A DNA stretch of 64,000 nt from the NCBI GenBank assembly GCA_951406725.2, contig OX597817.1:139934001-139998000 (forward strand), written 5' to 3'. This stretch comes from Octopus vulgaris. Its lineage: Eukaryota. Both the position numbers and the translations under genes were made by a program. The notes below the pieces were generated by a model. That model was not told the origin of the DNA. It saw nothing but the letters and a program-made list of their open reading frames with translations, and ran no database searches. This document shows, one piece after another, positions 27,285-40,967 of the stretch (within the stretch, counting starts at the first letter, position 1; every line of letters starts with the position of its first letter).

Positions 27285-27505
27285 AGCCGGTTACACGATT
27301 TTTATGGTGTGACCGAGATCTCAATATTTCCCCTGGACAGGACGCCAGTCCATCGCAGGATTATTCCTTTTTGCCAGCTGATTGGACTGGATCAACGTGA
27401 AATGAAATGTTTTACTGAAGAACACAACGCATCACCCGTTCTGGGAATCGAAACAACAGTGTTATGATCGTGAATGTAACACATTAACCACTAGGCCACA
27501 CGCAT
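27285..27505 (-). mobile_element. Older tRNA-headed SINE (family D)
   Basis: Minus head GTGTGGCCTAGTGGTTAA...GTTTCGATTCCC (A/B boxes) followed by a non-tRNA body. A related head fragment lies at about 26165-26265. Confidence 0.65.
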
Positions 27506-29114
27506 TCAATGTTCTTTTTAGAAGGTATCTGAGAATGGTGGAAGGAAGTTATTTTCAATGGAAACCTGGTTACAAAACTGGCAACAGGATGGACTCTACT
27601 AACGGCAACCCACGGTCCTTATCATTTGCTAGATTCAACCAGGTGGAAGATGACCTCTATGAACAGGAACGGTCCATCTTATAGGCTTCTATACAACTTT
27701 CGTTTAGAAAATTTCTCTCATAACAATTTGGTGGAGCTGGGGTTATTGTTGAAGGCGATATCATAAGATGTCGCAATATGAGGTCGAACCTGAAACCGCG
27801 TAGTTACTCACATAGCCACGACTGCTCCAAGGTTGACAAAATAAGTACCGAGAACATCTTCAGCTGGACTCAGTCCCTTATATTCCCCGAACCCAACAAA
27901 TAGGAGGTATTGTCGAAAATCAATATTAAATATATGTTGAGCAAACTCTAAACTTGTCAAGAACGTGAAGCAGCTTGAATTGAAGTCACTTCACGCTGTG
28001 ATGCCCTTCGGTGGACTTCAGAATATCACACTGCTATGGACATGACAATAATACAGAAGCCTCTTTATTTAAAATATGAAGCCTTTGTGTGTCTAGTAAC
28101 GAAAGTAAAAATAACAATAAAAAGCAAACAAAACCATAAATATCAGATCAATGTACAATACTTTATCAATATTTCACCAATGTATACCGCATAATATTCT
28201 TCATATTTTATTTATCACACTTAACCGAGATAAAAATCTGTTTCGTTTTTTTTTCTTTATTTCACCCAAAGGTTCAATATGTTGAGAAAATGATGTATTG
28301 GATTTATTAGCATGACTAACGTTCGACCATTCCTAAAACAGATTAATGGCATAAGTGGATTGAAAGATCTTCACCTGGAGATTAAAAACACATCACAATT
28401 CAGCTGGCTCGGAACTTCTACGATGCACACCATAGATACACATGAAACATTGTTTTTCTGCTTGACTGTGCACAGAAATCCTATATTTTAAAGTAGGAGA
28501 ATAATGTGGCATTAAGAGCTTTCCTAAAGAAATAAGTAATAGAAATTAATTGAACTTGCATACACCGACGATCAAAATCGAATCACAGCCTTAACAATTT
28601 ATTTTATTTCATGTTTTCTGGAAGTCGGCAAAAAGAAGTAATATAGTAATTTTAAACATTGGTAAGAAACTGAAAAAAAAACCAACAACAAGTAAATGTA
28701 GTGCCTGAGGATATGACTGGTACGTATCTACTGTGTGGGTTGGAAAATCGTCATTTATCGCCTTATCTAAATTGAGAAGTTAGAATATGAAACGTAGGAT
28801 GTTTGATCGATCGAAACTTCACTACAGAAACAACATGGTGTTTTGTTTGCTGTTGTCATCGTTTCTGCTCTCGTTGTCATTCTGTTGGGGTTTCATCGTT
28901 TGCCTTTGTCCTTGTTGTTGTTGTTGTTGTTGACGTTGTGGTTTTTATCGTAGTCTCTCTTTTGTCGAAGTTTTAATTGTTGATCATGTTGCTTCGGTCC
29001 ATGACAAATCAAAATACAAATGAAATGCAACAGATTGAATATTTGGAGACAAACTACAAATGTTATCTTATCAAGGTTTCATTTTATTCCTTTATAATTA
29101 TGCCATTTATTCCA

Positions 29115-29183
<69 letters not shown>

Positions 29184-29202
29184 ATATCTATATATATATA
29201 TC

Positions 29203-29234
<32 letters not shown>

Positions 29235-29289
29235 TATATATATATATATATATAACACATATATATGTATGTATATGTATATATATATG

Positions 29290-29393
<104 letters not shown>

Positions 29394-29934
29394 TACATGA
29401 AATCAATAGCGAAGAGATGATGAAAGTCCAAGTAAAACGTAGTATAATCTAATATCAGATGTGTTACTTCAGCGCTGTGTTTGGCAACACTAACTTTGGC
29501 AGAGAACAATCTAGGTTTCCGGTTTAATATTTTATAGCAACTGAAGCGGTGGAGACAACAATAAAACACTAGCTTAAATGTTTTATATTATTAAGTTTTG
29601 TCTCTGCTTTAACATGACATTCTGTCGAGGCAGACTTCCATGTTCATCTGTTGAAATAAGTATGATTGATAGAATGGAGTGTGAGTAGAGGTGGTTGAGT
29701 GGATATAGTAACAAGGGAAGAGAGGCGGTGGATCATAGTTTGCCCTTGACACTGCTGCTGCTGCTGTTGCTGTTGAGCGAACGGTCTTCGTCCCAGAGCT
29801 CGCAGTGGGAGAAGTCCGAATCGTGGTCCTTTGATATTCGTAAGACCCGCAGAAGAGAAAGCTGGTCAACCCCCGACACCGAGAGCATTGATGGATGGAT
29901 GAATGCGCATCCAGGCTCAGCGGTTGCGTAGGAA

Positions 29935-30140
29935 GCCGGGGACAAGAAACAGGAAGAAAGAGTGAGAGAAAGTTGGGGCGAAAGAGTACAACAGGGGTCG
30001 CCCCCCCCCCCTGCTAGAGCCTCGTGGAGCTTTAGGTGTTTTCGCTCAATAAACACACACAACGCCCGGTCTTGGAATCGAAACCGCGATCCTCCGACCG
30101 CGAGTCCACTGCCTTAACCATTGGGCCATTGCACCTCCAC
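29935..30140 (-). mobile_element. tRNA-headed SINE (family D-like head, distinct body)
   Basis: Minus: TGGCCCAATGGTTAAGG (A box) ... GGTTTCGATTCC (B box), then an unrelated CT-rich tail. Confidence 0.7.
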
Positions 30141-30769
30141 TTGACACTACTGCTGTTGTGGCCCCGACAATTAACATTGAAACAGCTCAGCCCCACTAAC
30201 TGTAAATATGTACCGAAGGATAGGGAGATTTTTCTATGGTCTGGATAATATACACTTAAATAGCATTGTACACCCACCTGTAAATGTATGCCAAAGGATG
30301 GGAAGATCTTGTTGTAGCCAGGACAACTAAGAATTAAATAGTCTAATCTCAACTGGTCGATCAATCACCTTGTTGGCAACTCATCTAATTTAATCATTGA
30401 TTAACCAACACATTGACCACACAAAACATTGACCACCTACCTAGGTTGCCTGATGAGATATCAGCTACTTATGTAACTGGTAATATATACTTACTAGTGA
30501 GAACACGTTAAAAACATGTTTTCAGATTTAATAAACTCCAATGACATAAGAGAATCGGTGTTTACTTCCGGTTTCATAGCTTGAAATGGAGAAAGATACA
30601 TCTTCTGCGCTTATACAGAACACAAGACTTCTCTAGGGAATATAGACTGGCAATGTGATATGAAGCATTGGACTTTCGTTATGTTGCAGCACAATTATTA
30701 ACACCACACACTGGGCTGAAGTCAATCTCTGGCACAGTCGTTGGAACCACGGCTCAGCCACGTCGCTGA

Positions 30770-30946
30770 TCTATTTCTTACCAACATTGTGCATTCGGCA
30801 GTCACATGACGTCTTGCTATTAAATAATAATTCTAAAATATAATTCGAAACATAGATATTCCAGTTCATTAGAGAAAATATAACAGAAAAGTCTAATTCT
30901 TCAATTGTATGTAACACGGGCAACGCCGGGCGGGTATCTCTGCTAG
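30770..30946 (+). mobile_element. Helitron 3' terminus (5' boundary not located; start approximate)
   Basis: CACGGGCAACGCCGGG hairpin-like motif then CTAG|T at 30943-30947, as in the two other Helitrons. Confidence 0.6.
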
Positions 30947-31318
30947 TATATGATATATATATACATACAAATACATATACACACACATATATACATACAC
31001 ACATACATATATACATATATATGTATATATATACATACACACACGAAGATACGTCTCGCTTTTATCCTTCGAAACGTAGAGTAGATGAAACCATAGCGAC
31101 TGAAGAAGGGGTTTTTTCTTTGTGTTAATTGTCCTGTATTCCATTTTTTGTTGTTTTTAAAAAAATGTCCAGTTCCTTTGATTTGTGTCTATGTTTTCGT
31201 TTCTCTTTGTGTTCGACGTCCCTTTGGTGTCCTGTACTCATATATGCGTGTATATGTACATGTAGAGGTAGGTACGTACATATATGTTTATATATATGCA
31301 TATGTTTTATTTCATTTA

Positions 31319-31382
<64 letters not shown>

Positions 31383-31400
31383 CATACATACATATATATA

Positions 31401-31568
31401 CTGGCTAATATGCACATATACATGCAAATAGAGTTAATAGGTAAGATCGACAGAAAGTCTGTATAGAAAAGAGTAGCTCAAAAGATTTGAACTTACACAC
31501 GGAAATCTTTACCGAGGACCACATCCGTGGGGTAAAGAGAAGCCACAAGGGGAATCCAGATGAACTGA
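31401..31568 (+). repeat. Left copy of a ~170-bp inverted repeat pair
   Basis: Reverse complement of 35292-35460 with few mismatches. Confidence 0.9.
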
Positions 31569-32036
31569 GAAGAAATTGAGTTCTGATGTTTTAGTGAGGC
31601 TATTTCTGAAAAATATTCCCTACTCATAGAACATTAACTTACGTTATTGTGTTTTTTTTATATATTTAGTGAGGTATAGGACTTCTCTGTCTTCAATTAT
31701 ACATCAAAACATTTTCAAACAAATTATTGTTGTTTAAGCTCACTCCATTCCTGTTCGAGAGAATTATTATCCCAATGTATTTTCGTTATGGCCCTTCCGT
31801 TATTTTAGAAATATTTAGAATTGCTTTTTGTAACTTACTTCCTTTTAAAGATGCTAGTGTTGAATTTTAGAGTGAATTAACTGTTATTTCTAGCGAGTCA
31901 GCTGACTATTTAGAGTGCCATTCATTGTTTTATTTATCCAGAGTATTACTAACGATGTAAAACTTTTCGTTAACGGCTGCTGAGTACCGAGGTCGACTCT
32001 ACCAGAAGTTAGCTCACTAATACAACTTAAACAAAT

Positions 32037-32235
32037 ACAGACATCCCTCGCGTTACAGAAGAGCTGCATTCACGAAAATTTTGTTGTATCGTGAAATACC
32101 GTAACCCGGGCATATTTTGCCATTGACTTCTGTATTATATAGAAATCAATGAAATATAAGATTCGCGTTCCAGAATATTACGTTAAGGCTAGTTTTTCAG
32201 GATGTAGTGTTTTTGTAACGTGGGTAACGCCTAAC
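32037..32235. mobile_element. Possible Tigger/pogo-like MITE relic
   Basis: TA|CAGACATCCCTCGCGTTACA start and a weakly complementary TGTAACGTGGGTAACGCCT end. Confidence 0.35.
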
Positions 32236-32809
32236 AATATTTTCCACGTCGATTCTATATGAAGCTTCAACGAGATGCAAAGAAGTTTCACCTTTAATAC
32301 ACAAAACTGTGCAAGGAACTCTCATTTGTTTATCCACACCTAAAATAATTAAAAATTGATTTTCGTATGAAGTGTAGCCTTCGCCAAACTTAATTAGCGA
32401 TTGTTTGGTATTCTTCTAAATTTTGTTTATTCAACATAAAAACTTATTACACAGTCGAATGATTTAGAAATACGTATTTTCATAGAAGAGCAAATATTAT
32501 TTAAAAAAAAAGCAAAGAGCAAACGAAATACCTTCTCTTCTATAACATATTTTAGCAGAGCTAGTTGGTTGCCTTTGGATGTTTCTGCTAACATTTGTGG
32601 CGAAACTTCTACCTTACTTAGTGCCATCCTTTTTTGTTTTTATTTTATTTGCAATTATTCTTTCTCCCTGTCTTCCCCACACTGACAATCGCCATGTTTA
32701 TTTTTTGCTATCTATCTATCTATCTATCTATCTATGTGTAAGTATATGTGTGTAATATGTATATATATGTATATATATATGTGTGTGTATATATATATAT
32801 ATATCTAAT

Positions 32810-32870
<61 letters not shown>

Positions 32871-32916
32871 TATATATATATATATATACACGCACACACA
32901 TACATATATACATGTT

Positions 32917-33148
32917 AAGGTGGCGAGCTGGCAGACACATTAGCGCGCTGGGCGAAATGCTTAGCGGTATCTCGTCTGTCGTTACGTTCTGAGTTCAAAT
33001 TCCGCCGAGGTCGACTTTGCTTTTCATCCTTTCGGGGTCGATAAATAAAGTACAAGTTTCGCACTGGGGTCGATGTAATCGACTTAATCCCTTTGTCTGT
33101 CCTTGTTTGTCCCCTCAAAGTTTAGCCCCTTGTGGCCAATAAAGAAAT
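32917..33148 (+). mobile_element. SINE family A
   Basis: Full-length match, located within TA/CA microsatellite. Confidence 0.9.
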
Positions 33149-33571
33149 ATATCTATATATGTGTGCGTACGTATGTGGTATGTAGTATGTATGTATGCAT
33201 GTTTATATTTCATATATTCTTTGTTCATTATTTCTTAAAACTATTGATAGATTTTCCATCAATATTTTTAAGCATATTTATATTTTTAATTTTCTCCTAT
33301 CGTAGTTTCACATCTATTTTTTTGCACCATATTTTAAATTTTTGCTTTTGTTTTTGCATTCTCGATATTGTTTACCGTACATATCATACCAAACATGTAA
33401 CTTGGAACCTAGACGTGAATAAATATATACTTATTCTATTTACATAAGCGGAAACAAAATCAATGTGTATATGTGTGTGTGTGTGTGTGTGTCTGTGTGT
33501 GTGTGCATGTGTGTGTATATGTATGTATGCGTATGTATATATGTGCTATATACATATACATACATATATAT

Positions 33572-33656
<85 letters not shown>

Positions 33657-33839
33657 TGTAATTGATAGAAATTTTATATTAATAATAATTGGTAGAAGTT
33701 GCAGATTGACTCAAGGGACGATAGTTTCGTACGTTGACGCTGGTCAATAAAAGTCAAATGCTTGATAAGTGGCAGCGCACGAAACTCTTGGTCCTTTAGT
33801 CACTCTGTAACTTTTGCCGATTATTAATAAAGTTTGTAT

Positions 33840-33933
<94 letters not shown>

Positions 33934-34090
33934 TCATGTTATTAGTTCTGATTTCCTGTTTGCATCATCAAACCTATAATTTATATACATACGTATACAT
34001 ATACACATATACATACATACATACATAAATAGGATCTAGGTTAGAAACCGGCTCTTTCTCTATTGAAAGAAATCTTGAAATAAAAACAAT

Positions 34091-34147
<57 letters not shown>

Positions 34148-34152
<5 letters not shown>

Positions 34153-34502
34153 GACAAAATGAGATAACAAAGCCAAGTCTGTGAGGAGTTTTCAGGACAT
34201 TTATAAGGGAAAAGATATAGATACAGTCTTACAGCTGTTTCTGTGATATTGTGGATACCCCTTCATCAGAGACGATGTGAGATGATTAAATAGAGGTAAA
34301 TATTTGAGTTCGAAATAAGGAATTATTATGGAAAAGGAGGAGATAAGGAATATAGAAGGAAATAAGAAAATGAAAGTAGAAAGAAAAATATAGAATATAT
34401 AAAGATATTGTAGAAACTGCTGTAAGACTATATCTATATCCATCTTCTTATAACTGTCCTGGAAACTCCTCACAGCCTTGGCTTTGTTATCCCTTTTTGT
34501 CT
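34148..34502. mobile_element. Foldback element with ~95-bp inverted arms, probably derived from a Penelope pseudo-LTR
   Basis: AGACAAAA...AACAAAGCCAAG.CTGTGAGGAGTTT.CAGGACA...GTCTTACAGC.GTTTC is mirrored at 34410-34502. Flanked by (TA)n and (CA)n. Contains a hammerhead motif. Confidence 0.7.
34226..34273 (-). ncRNA. Minimal type I hammerhead ribozyme motif with palindromic stem III
   Basis: Minus: GUCU-CUGAUGA-A GGGGUAU CCACA AUAUCAC A-GAAAC AGCU GUA|AGAC. Stem I GUCU/AGAC, intact core, GUA cleavage triplet. Confidence 0.7.
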
Positions 34503-34528
34503 AATACACACACACACACACACACACG

Positions 34529-34564
<36 letters not shown>

Positions 34565-34679
34565 GAGGCCTGCTCGCTTAGTCAGCGGGGTGGCGTCATT
34601 TGAAGGCTAAAACAATGCGAAGCGCATTGTGACCAGCGATGTGTAGCAACATCTGATAGCCTGGTCGGTCACGGTGATA

Positions 34680-35074
34680 TCTTTATATATAAAAGTGAAG
34701 TTGTGTGTCTGTCTCCTACGATTTAGATTCCTAACTACTCCTACATTTTGCGGTGCAGTTTAACCCAAACCGGGTATCTTATAGTCGTGATTCATATCGA
34801 GCCCTTCTGGGTATTAGCGCGCGTCTACGATGAGTCTACGATTAAAAAAAAAAATTACCATCATTTTTTCCCATTTTTAATACATTTTTTTTGCTATTAT
34901 TTAAGGGAAGTAACTCGCGTCTACGATGAGTCTACGATTAAAAAAAAAATTACCATAATTGTTCCGCATCTTTAATGCATTTTCGCTCGGTTTATATAAG
35001 GGAAGTAACTCTCTATAAATGCTTATATAGTTATTTCCCTTACAAACCCGAGCAACGCCGGGCGATACTGCTAG
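34680..35074 (+). mobile_element. Non-autonomous Helitron with internal tandem duplication
   Basis: A|TCTTTATATATAAAA start; CCCGAGCAACGCCGGG hairpin; CTAG|T end. A ~95-bp unit (CGCGTCTACGATGAGTCTACG...AAGGGAAGTAACT) occurs twice at about 34821-35010. Confidence 0.85.
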
Positions 35075-35096
35075 TATATGTATAAATATATATATA

Positions 35097-35288
35097 TGGA
35101 CGATGTTTCAAATAAACAAATAAAACTCCTTTGGGCTTGCTCTACAGAATATATACACGTGAATATATGTAAATAAGGAACAGTTAAAGACTAGAAAATT
35201 TCCAGATGATTAACATTTGCATACATGTGTATATATTCTGTACATCAAACCCAGGGAGTTTTAGCTATTTATTTGCATCAATGTCCCC
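35097..35288. repeat. Imperfect palindrome (MITE-like)
   Basis: AAATAAA...TAAAACTCC...TACAGAATATATACAC is mirrored by GTGTATATATTCTGTA...GGAGTTTTA...TTTATTT. Confidence 0.7.
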
Positions 35289-35291
35289 ATA

Positions 35292-35460
35292 TCAGTTCAT
35301 CTGGATTCCCCTTGTGGTTACTCTTTACCTCCACGGATGTGGTCCTCGGTAAAGATTTCGGAGTGTAAGTTCAAATCTTTTGAGCTGCTGTTTTCTATAC
35401 AGACTTTCTGTCGATCTAACCCGTTAACTCTATTTGCATGTATACGTGCATATTAGCCAC
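35292..35460 (-). repeat. Right copy of the ~170-bp inverted repeat pair
   Basis: Reverse complement of 31401-31568. Confidence 0.9.
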
Positions 35461-35482
35461 TATATATATATATATATGCATG

Positions 35483-35537
<55 letters not shown>

Positions 35538-36255
35538 GTGTATATACATATATATGTATATATGTATGTATGTGTGTATGTATATACGTGTGTGTGTGTG
35601 TGTAGAGACAGAGAGAGGTGGAAGAACAAGTAGAGAGTATAGCAGTATGTGAAATAAAGAAATAGGCCTAAAGCTAGCTATATATATAAATACATACATA
35701 CACACGCACATACATACATACATACATACATACATACATACATACATACATACATACATACATACATACATACATACATACACACATACATACACATGAA
35801 TTCATACATACATACATACATACATACATACATACATACATACATACATACATACATACATACATACACATGCATACACCGACAAGCTATAAACAAAATA
35901 ATGAAGCAGAGGTTGTTGGGAGGGAAGGTGTTTTGAGTTGCAATCGGAACTCCAAAGCGATGTGTATCCAAGAGAATTATGGAGGAGAACCATTTAAATG
36001 GAATGTGTGACGACCATAAAAGCCAAAGCGAAAGATGAAGGAGACCAAACGTGGCTTTTATTGGTAAAAGATTTAACGTCTCTGATTAATTTGACAAGTG
36101 TGATTACAACGTGAGTTCTCGAGAGTTCGTCCAAGAAAAAAGATCGGCCACTTCCGTTCAATCAATCTAAAATTGATAGTAAAATCACATCCGGGTACTA
36201 GATAGTTCGGTGTCGTCGTGGCGCCTAAATGAAAATATATCGTAGTTGCGTACCC

Positions 36256-36378
36256 ATGTATGTATGTATGTATGAATGACTGTATGTATGTAAGTATGTA
36301 TGTATGTATGTATGTATGTATGTATGTATGTATGTATGTATGTATGTATGTATGTATGCATGTATGTATGAATGACTG

Positions 36379-36412
<34 letters not shown>

Positions 36413-36720
36413 TGTATGTATGTATGAATGGCTGTATGTATGTATGTATGTATGCATGCATGTAAGTATGTATGTATGTATGAATGGCTGTATGTATGTA
36501 TGTATGTATGTATGTATGTATGTATGTATGCATGTCAGTATGTATGTATGTATGTATGTATGTATGTATGTATGTATGTATGTATGTATGTATGCATGCA
36601 TGTAAGTATGTATGTATGTATTTATGCATGCATGTAAGTATGTATGTATGTATGTATGAATGTATGTATGCATGTATGTATGTATGCATGAATGTATGTA
36701 TGTATGTATGTACGTACGTA
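36256..36720. repeat. Long (TATG)n array with variant units
   Basis: Read directly. Recurrent variants AATGGCTG/AATGACTG and CATGCATGTAAG show higher-order duplication. Confidence 0.95.
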
Positions 36721-37786
36721 CGCGTGTGCGTGCCTAAGCCTGTGTGACACAATGAAGAAGAACATGGCGAGGGAGAATACAAATGTTCTGAGATGGGATG
36801 ATGGGCTTCACGACGGGAGGAAGAGGATAAGGAAGACATGTCTGTCTGGCGTGCATCAATTATATTTCGGGATCTGATTTCAAGAGATTTCAACACAGTG
36901 TGGGTCACAATTCGCCTTTATTTCACACGACACAAATCAAAGCAGATAAATACGTTACACGCTTTCCGTTGTCATTAAATGTTTTTCTATGGAATAGAAG
37001 CTGAGAGAAAATATTAATATTTTCTACTTAAAATATAGCTTCTAAGCGTGTGCAGAAGTTCTGACATGTTTTTGTATGTAATACAATACTATAGGACCGA
37101 ATCGTATATTTTATACATACATCTACACAAACACACATTTATATGCGTTCGTATGTGTGCGTATGTGTATATTATATGTGTGTATGTGTGCGCAGGTATG
37201 GGTGTGTAGTTTTGTATACCGTGGACATGCTTTTGATATGTTAGTTTCTTATGACAAGACATAAAGCGTTGCGTTTTAGAGAAGAGGTAAAATGAGATGT
37301 TGTGGCGTTCATGGCTTTCCTTTTCAGTAATTAATGCAAATTGTAACAAAGTGAAACTACGTCTTAATCTCCGTTGGGCGGGACAGGAAACAACTGAGAG
37401 TTAAAATAGACTGACATTCTTCGTCTGTAACATTTGAGGTAACCTTTCCGTCGCCCACACAGATGAATAATGAAGTGTCTCCACTCCATTCAAAAGGTGT
37501 GGCCGAAATGGCCGAAAAGGTCTTGAGAAGTCAGTCGACATGGATAAGGAAGTATTGAAAATATCTAATTAAGAAAGAAAATTGATGCCATACTTGAATG
37601 AAAAGATATTCCTGATTTACACACGCATGCATACAGACATGCATGCATACATACATACATACATACATACATACATACATACATACATACATACATACAT
37701 ACATGCATGCATGCATACATACATGCATACATACATACATACATACATACATACATACATACATACATACATACATACATACATAC

Positions 37787-38260
37787 AATTAGCTGCCCAG
37801 CGGATGTTAACATAAAGCTGAAGATCAGTGAAAAAGAGAACACCTACGCTGAACTATTGAGAAATCTGCAGTTACTCCATCCAGGTTATAAATATTTATT
37901 GGGGCCCTGGGATATGTAACACACCATCTAAGTAATAAATTTTGAGAAATTAGGCTTCTCAAAACCAGAAAGGAGAAAGCTGATTTAAAGACTACAGGTC
38001 CAAGCCATCACCGTAACTGTAAAAATCTGTAAAACTTTCCAGAAGTTTATCATTTAAGTATATATGAGCATGTTTATCTTTTAAATATGCATGAAATGCA
38101 TATATAAAGCAAAACATACAAATCTGCACATACATGCATACTAGCAAAAATACCCTATTGTTGATATTGAAATTCCAATGAAGAAACCTTGAATCTAAGT
38201 TAGAAACCGGCTCTTTCTCTATTGGCAAGAAATCTTGAAATAAAACTGAACAATGGCATA
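37787..38260 (+). mobile_element. 5'-truncated RLE-type LINE in (CATA)n
   Basis: ISCPADVNIKLKISEKENTYAELLRNLQLL and GALGYV (end of the RLE domain) plus a 3'UTR. Both flanks are (CATA)n-like. The same 3' end recurs at about 34030-34092. Confidence 0.8.
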
Positions 38261-38352
38261 CAAACATACATAAATACATGCATGTATACATACACGCATG
38301 CATGCACACGTGCATACATACATGCATACATACATATTCATCAATCCCTCAT

Positions 38353-38408
<56 letters not shown>

Positions 38409-38695
38409 TAGGATAGTTGAAATATATTTGTGACATATTTCAACTGCTAAAAGACAAATTCACTGCAGATACCGTAGAGAAAATATCTCTCTTATGGTAA
38501 AAAGATGTGAAAACACCGGTTTTTTTTCAGTATCGCCATCTATTAAGAATCCTAGACATCGATGTTTCGAGTTTTTTGACTCTTGTCGATGGAATCTACC
38601 GAAGAGAGGCAAATCTGAACAAACTTACACGTCATGAACATATTTTAACTAACTTAAATTTTGCTTATACCTAAACACTGCTCGGCGCTAACATT

Positions 38696-38767
<72 letters not shown>

Positions 38768-38981
38768 CAGTAAGTGTCCATAAATAAAAAATGCTGCTTA
38801 CTATTTACTTTAGGAAAAATCCTTAAAAGGATAAAAGCACACTCAATATGAGAAATAGTTTTTTTTTTTTTTTTAATAGCGTCGAATAATAGATTTACGG
38901 TTATGGTATACGACCGGCTGGAATGTTACCGTCAGTTTCGTGCTGGTTATTGCACTTGTCAATATTGATGACACGTCAAAG

Positions 38982-39195
38982 AGGGTGAAGTAGCAGAATC
39001 GTTAGCACGCCGGGAAAAATGCTTAGCGGCATTACGTCCGTCTTTACGTTCTAAGTTCAAATTCCGCCAGGGTTTGCTTTTACCTTTCACCCTTTCGAGA
39101 TCGATAAAATAAGTACCAGTTGACCATTGGGGCCGATGTAATCAACTTACTGCCTCCCACGAACTTACTGGCTTTGTGCTAACATTTGAATCAAT
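38982..39195 (+). mobile_element. Older SINE, family A head and body with alternative (B) tail
   Basis: Head and centre match family A; the tail ...GGCTTTGTGCTAACATTTGAA resembles the B-tail copies. Confidence 0.75.
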
Positions 39196-39770
39196 TTCGA
39201 TAACTCTTCAGATATAGTGGCCGGAAGCGCATAACCTCTTTTGCGCTGGAAGTGTATAGAGACTCCAGTTGGGATGATGTTCACCCGAACGAAACTTGGT
39301 GAAAATTTTGAAACCTTTTCCGGGAGGGAAAAAAGTTATTTCGTATAAATTCATGCCACTATGGTCGGATCATGTCGTTTGTGTGTATGAGCAGGTATAT
39401 CATGTTACCAAAAATCTTGGTCTACGGAGCAGAAGCGGTGTTATCTGACAACAGCGGAGGACTTACAGAAATATGCCGGGGCAACGGTGAGTCCTTTTAA
39501 GGTGAAGCTGAATAATCGAAGAGTCTCTTTTAGAACCAAAGAGTAGTTCAATGGTCCAACGTTAGCCAGTGATATATGGCATCAAAAGAAGAGGTAACGC
39601 GTAGATACATACACACACGCGTATATATACATATATATACATATATACATAACATACACTTACATATCTGCATAAGGATGGGTGACGTAAAAATTGCACC
39701 ATCTTTTAATATATACATGTATCTACATGCATACATGCACATAAACACACATGCACACATCTCGATATTT

Positions 39771-39823
<53 letters not shown>

Positions 39824-39936
39824 CCGAAATTTGCCATGATGAATCGGTTTCTGACTGAAGAATGAAGGCTCTGAATGACTGTCTGTTTTCCGTGTTCGTC
39901 AATTCGTGTATTTCACGTTCTTTATATATAAAGTTT

Positions 39937-40000
<64 letters not shown>

Positions 40001-40911
40001 TTGTGTGTATGTATGTGTATGTGTGCGTGTGTGCGCGTGTGTGCATGTATGTATACACGCACATACATACAAACATATATACGTGTTGAAGTCTAGACGC
40101 CTGTTATTATAAAGGGAGATAATTATTTCTTTATAACACTTTGCGGGATCAGAAGTTTGAATTAAAAATCAAGGGAAAAGGAAGAAAAAAAGATGCAGAG
40201 GATAATCATATTTTCTTTTCTTTTCTTGCTTACTTATGACAAATTTCTTTAAAATTTCTAGTCATGGTAATCATACATAGTACTACTTCGTTCTCCTTAG
40301 AGCTCGTCAGCATGGCATTACCTGAGATATATAAATTAAACATTTTACGAAGTGAGACATTTCTTATAAATGGCAATTCATTACAGCAGCGAAGACATTC
40401 ATGGGATGTGTGTCTTTCATGTGTTTGTATGTACATAGAACGGTAGTGTGAGCACGTGACAATGTAAATATATATGCATATAAACATGCGCATAGTGAAT
40501 ATTATGTATGTATGTATGTATTTGAGGAAATGAAAATATATATTTATTGGTTTGCGTGCCAAGGGATGGAAACAAACATGAGTAGATGTTAATATGTCCG
40601 TAGAAGAGTATTAACATATGAATATGTGTAATTTGGTTATATACACAAGCGTGTTGGTTTGTATTTCTGTGTGGTGTATACATACACACACCCACATTTA
40701 TGTATGCATTCCTATATGTATCTACGTATGTACATATATGGATGTATATGCTTGTGTGAATATCTCTCTATCTATGTATCTATATATGTATTTATATGTA
40801 TATACATATACATATATATACATATAAACACACACACAGACACACATTTATATATATATATATGCATGTCTATATATATACACATATATGTATTATCTTT
40901 CTATATATGTA

Positions 40912-40967
<56 letters not shown>

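Noticed and set aside
30060-30140. Possible tRNA gene (and similar heads elsewhere)
   Set aside because: A/B boxes are present, but there is no proper acceptor stem and the sequence continues into a SINE body.
30370-30490. CTGATGAG with upstream GGCAAC/GTTGCC pairing as a type III hammerhead
   Set aside because: No GAAA after stem II and no valid NUH triplet.
36256-36720. CRISPR-like repeat-spacer pattern
   Set aside because: Degenerate tetranucleotide microsatellite in a eukaryotic context; no unique spacers and no cas genes.
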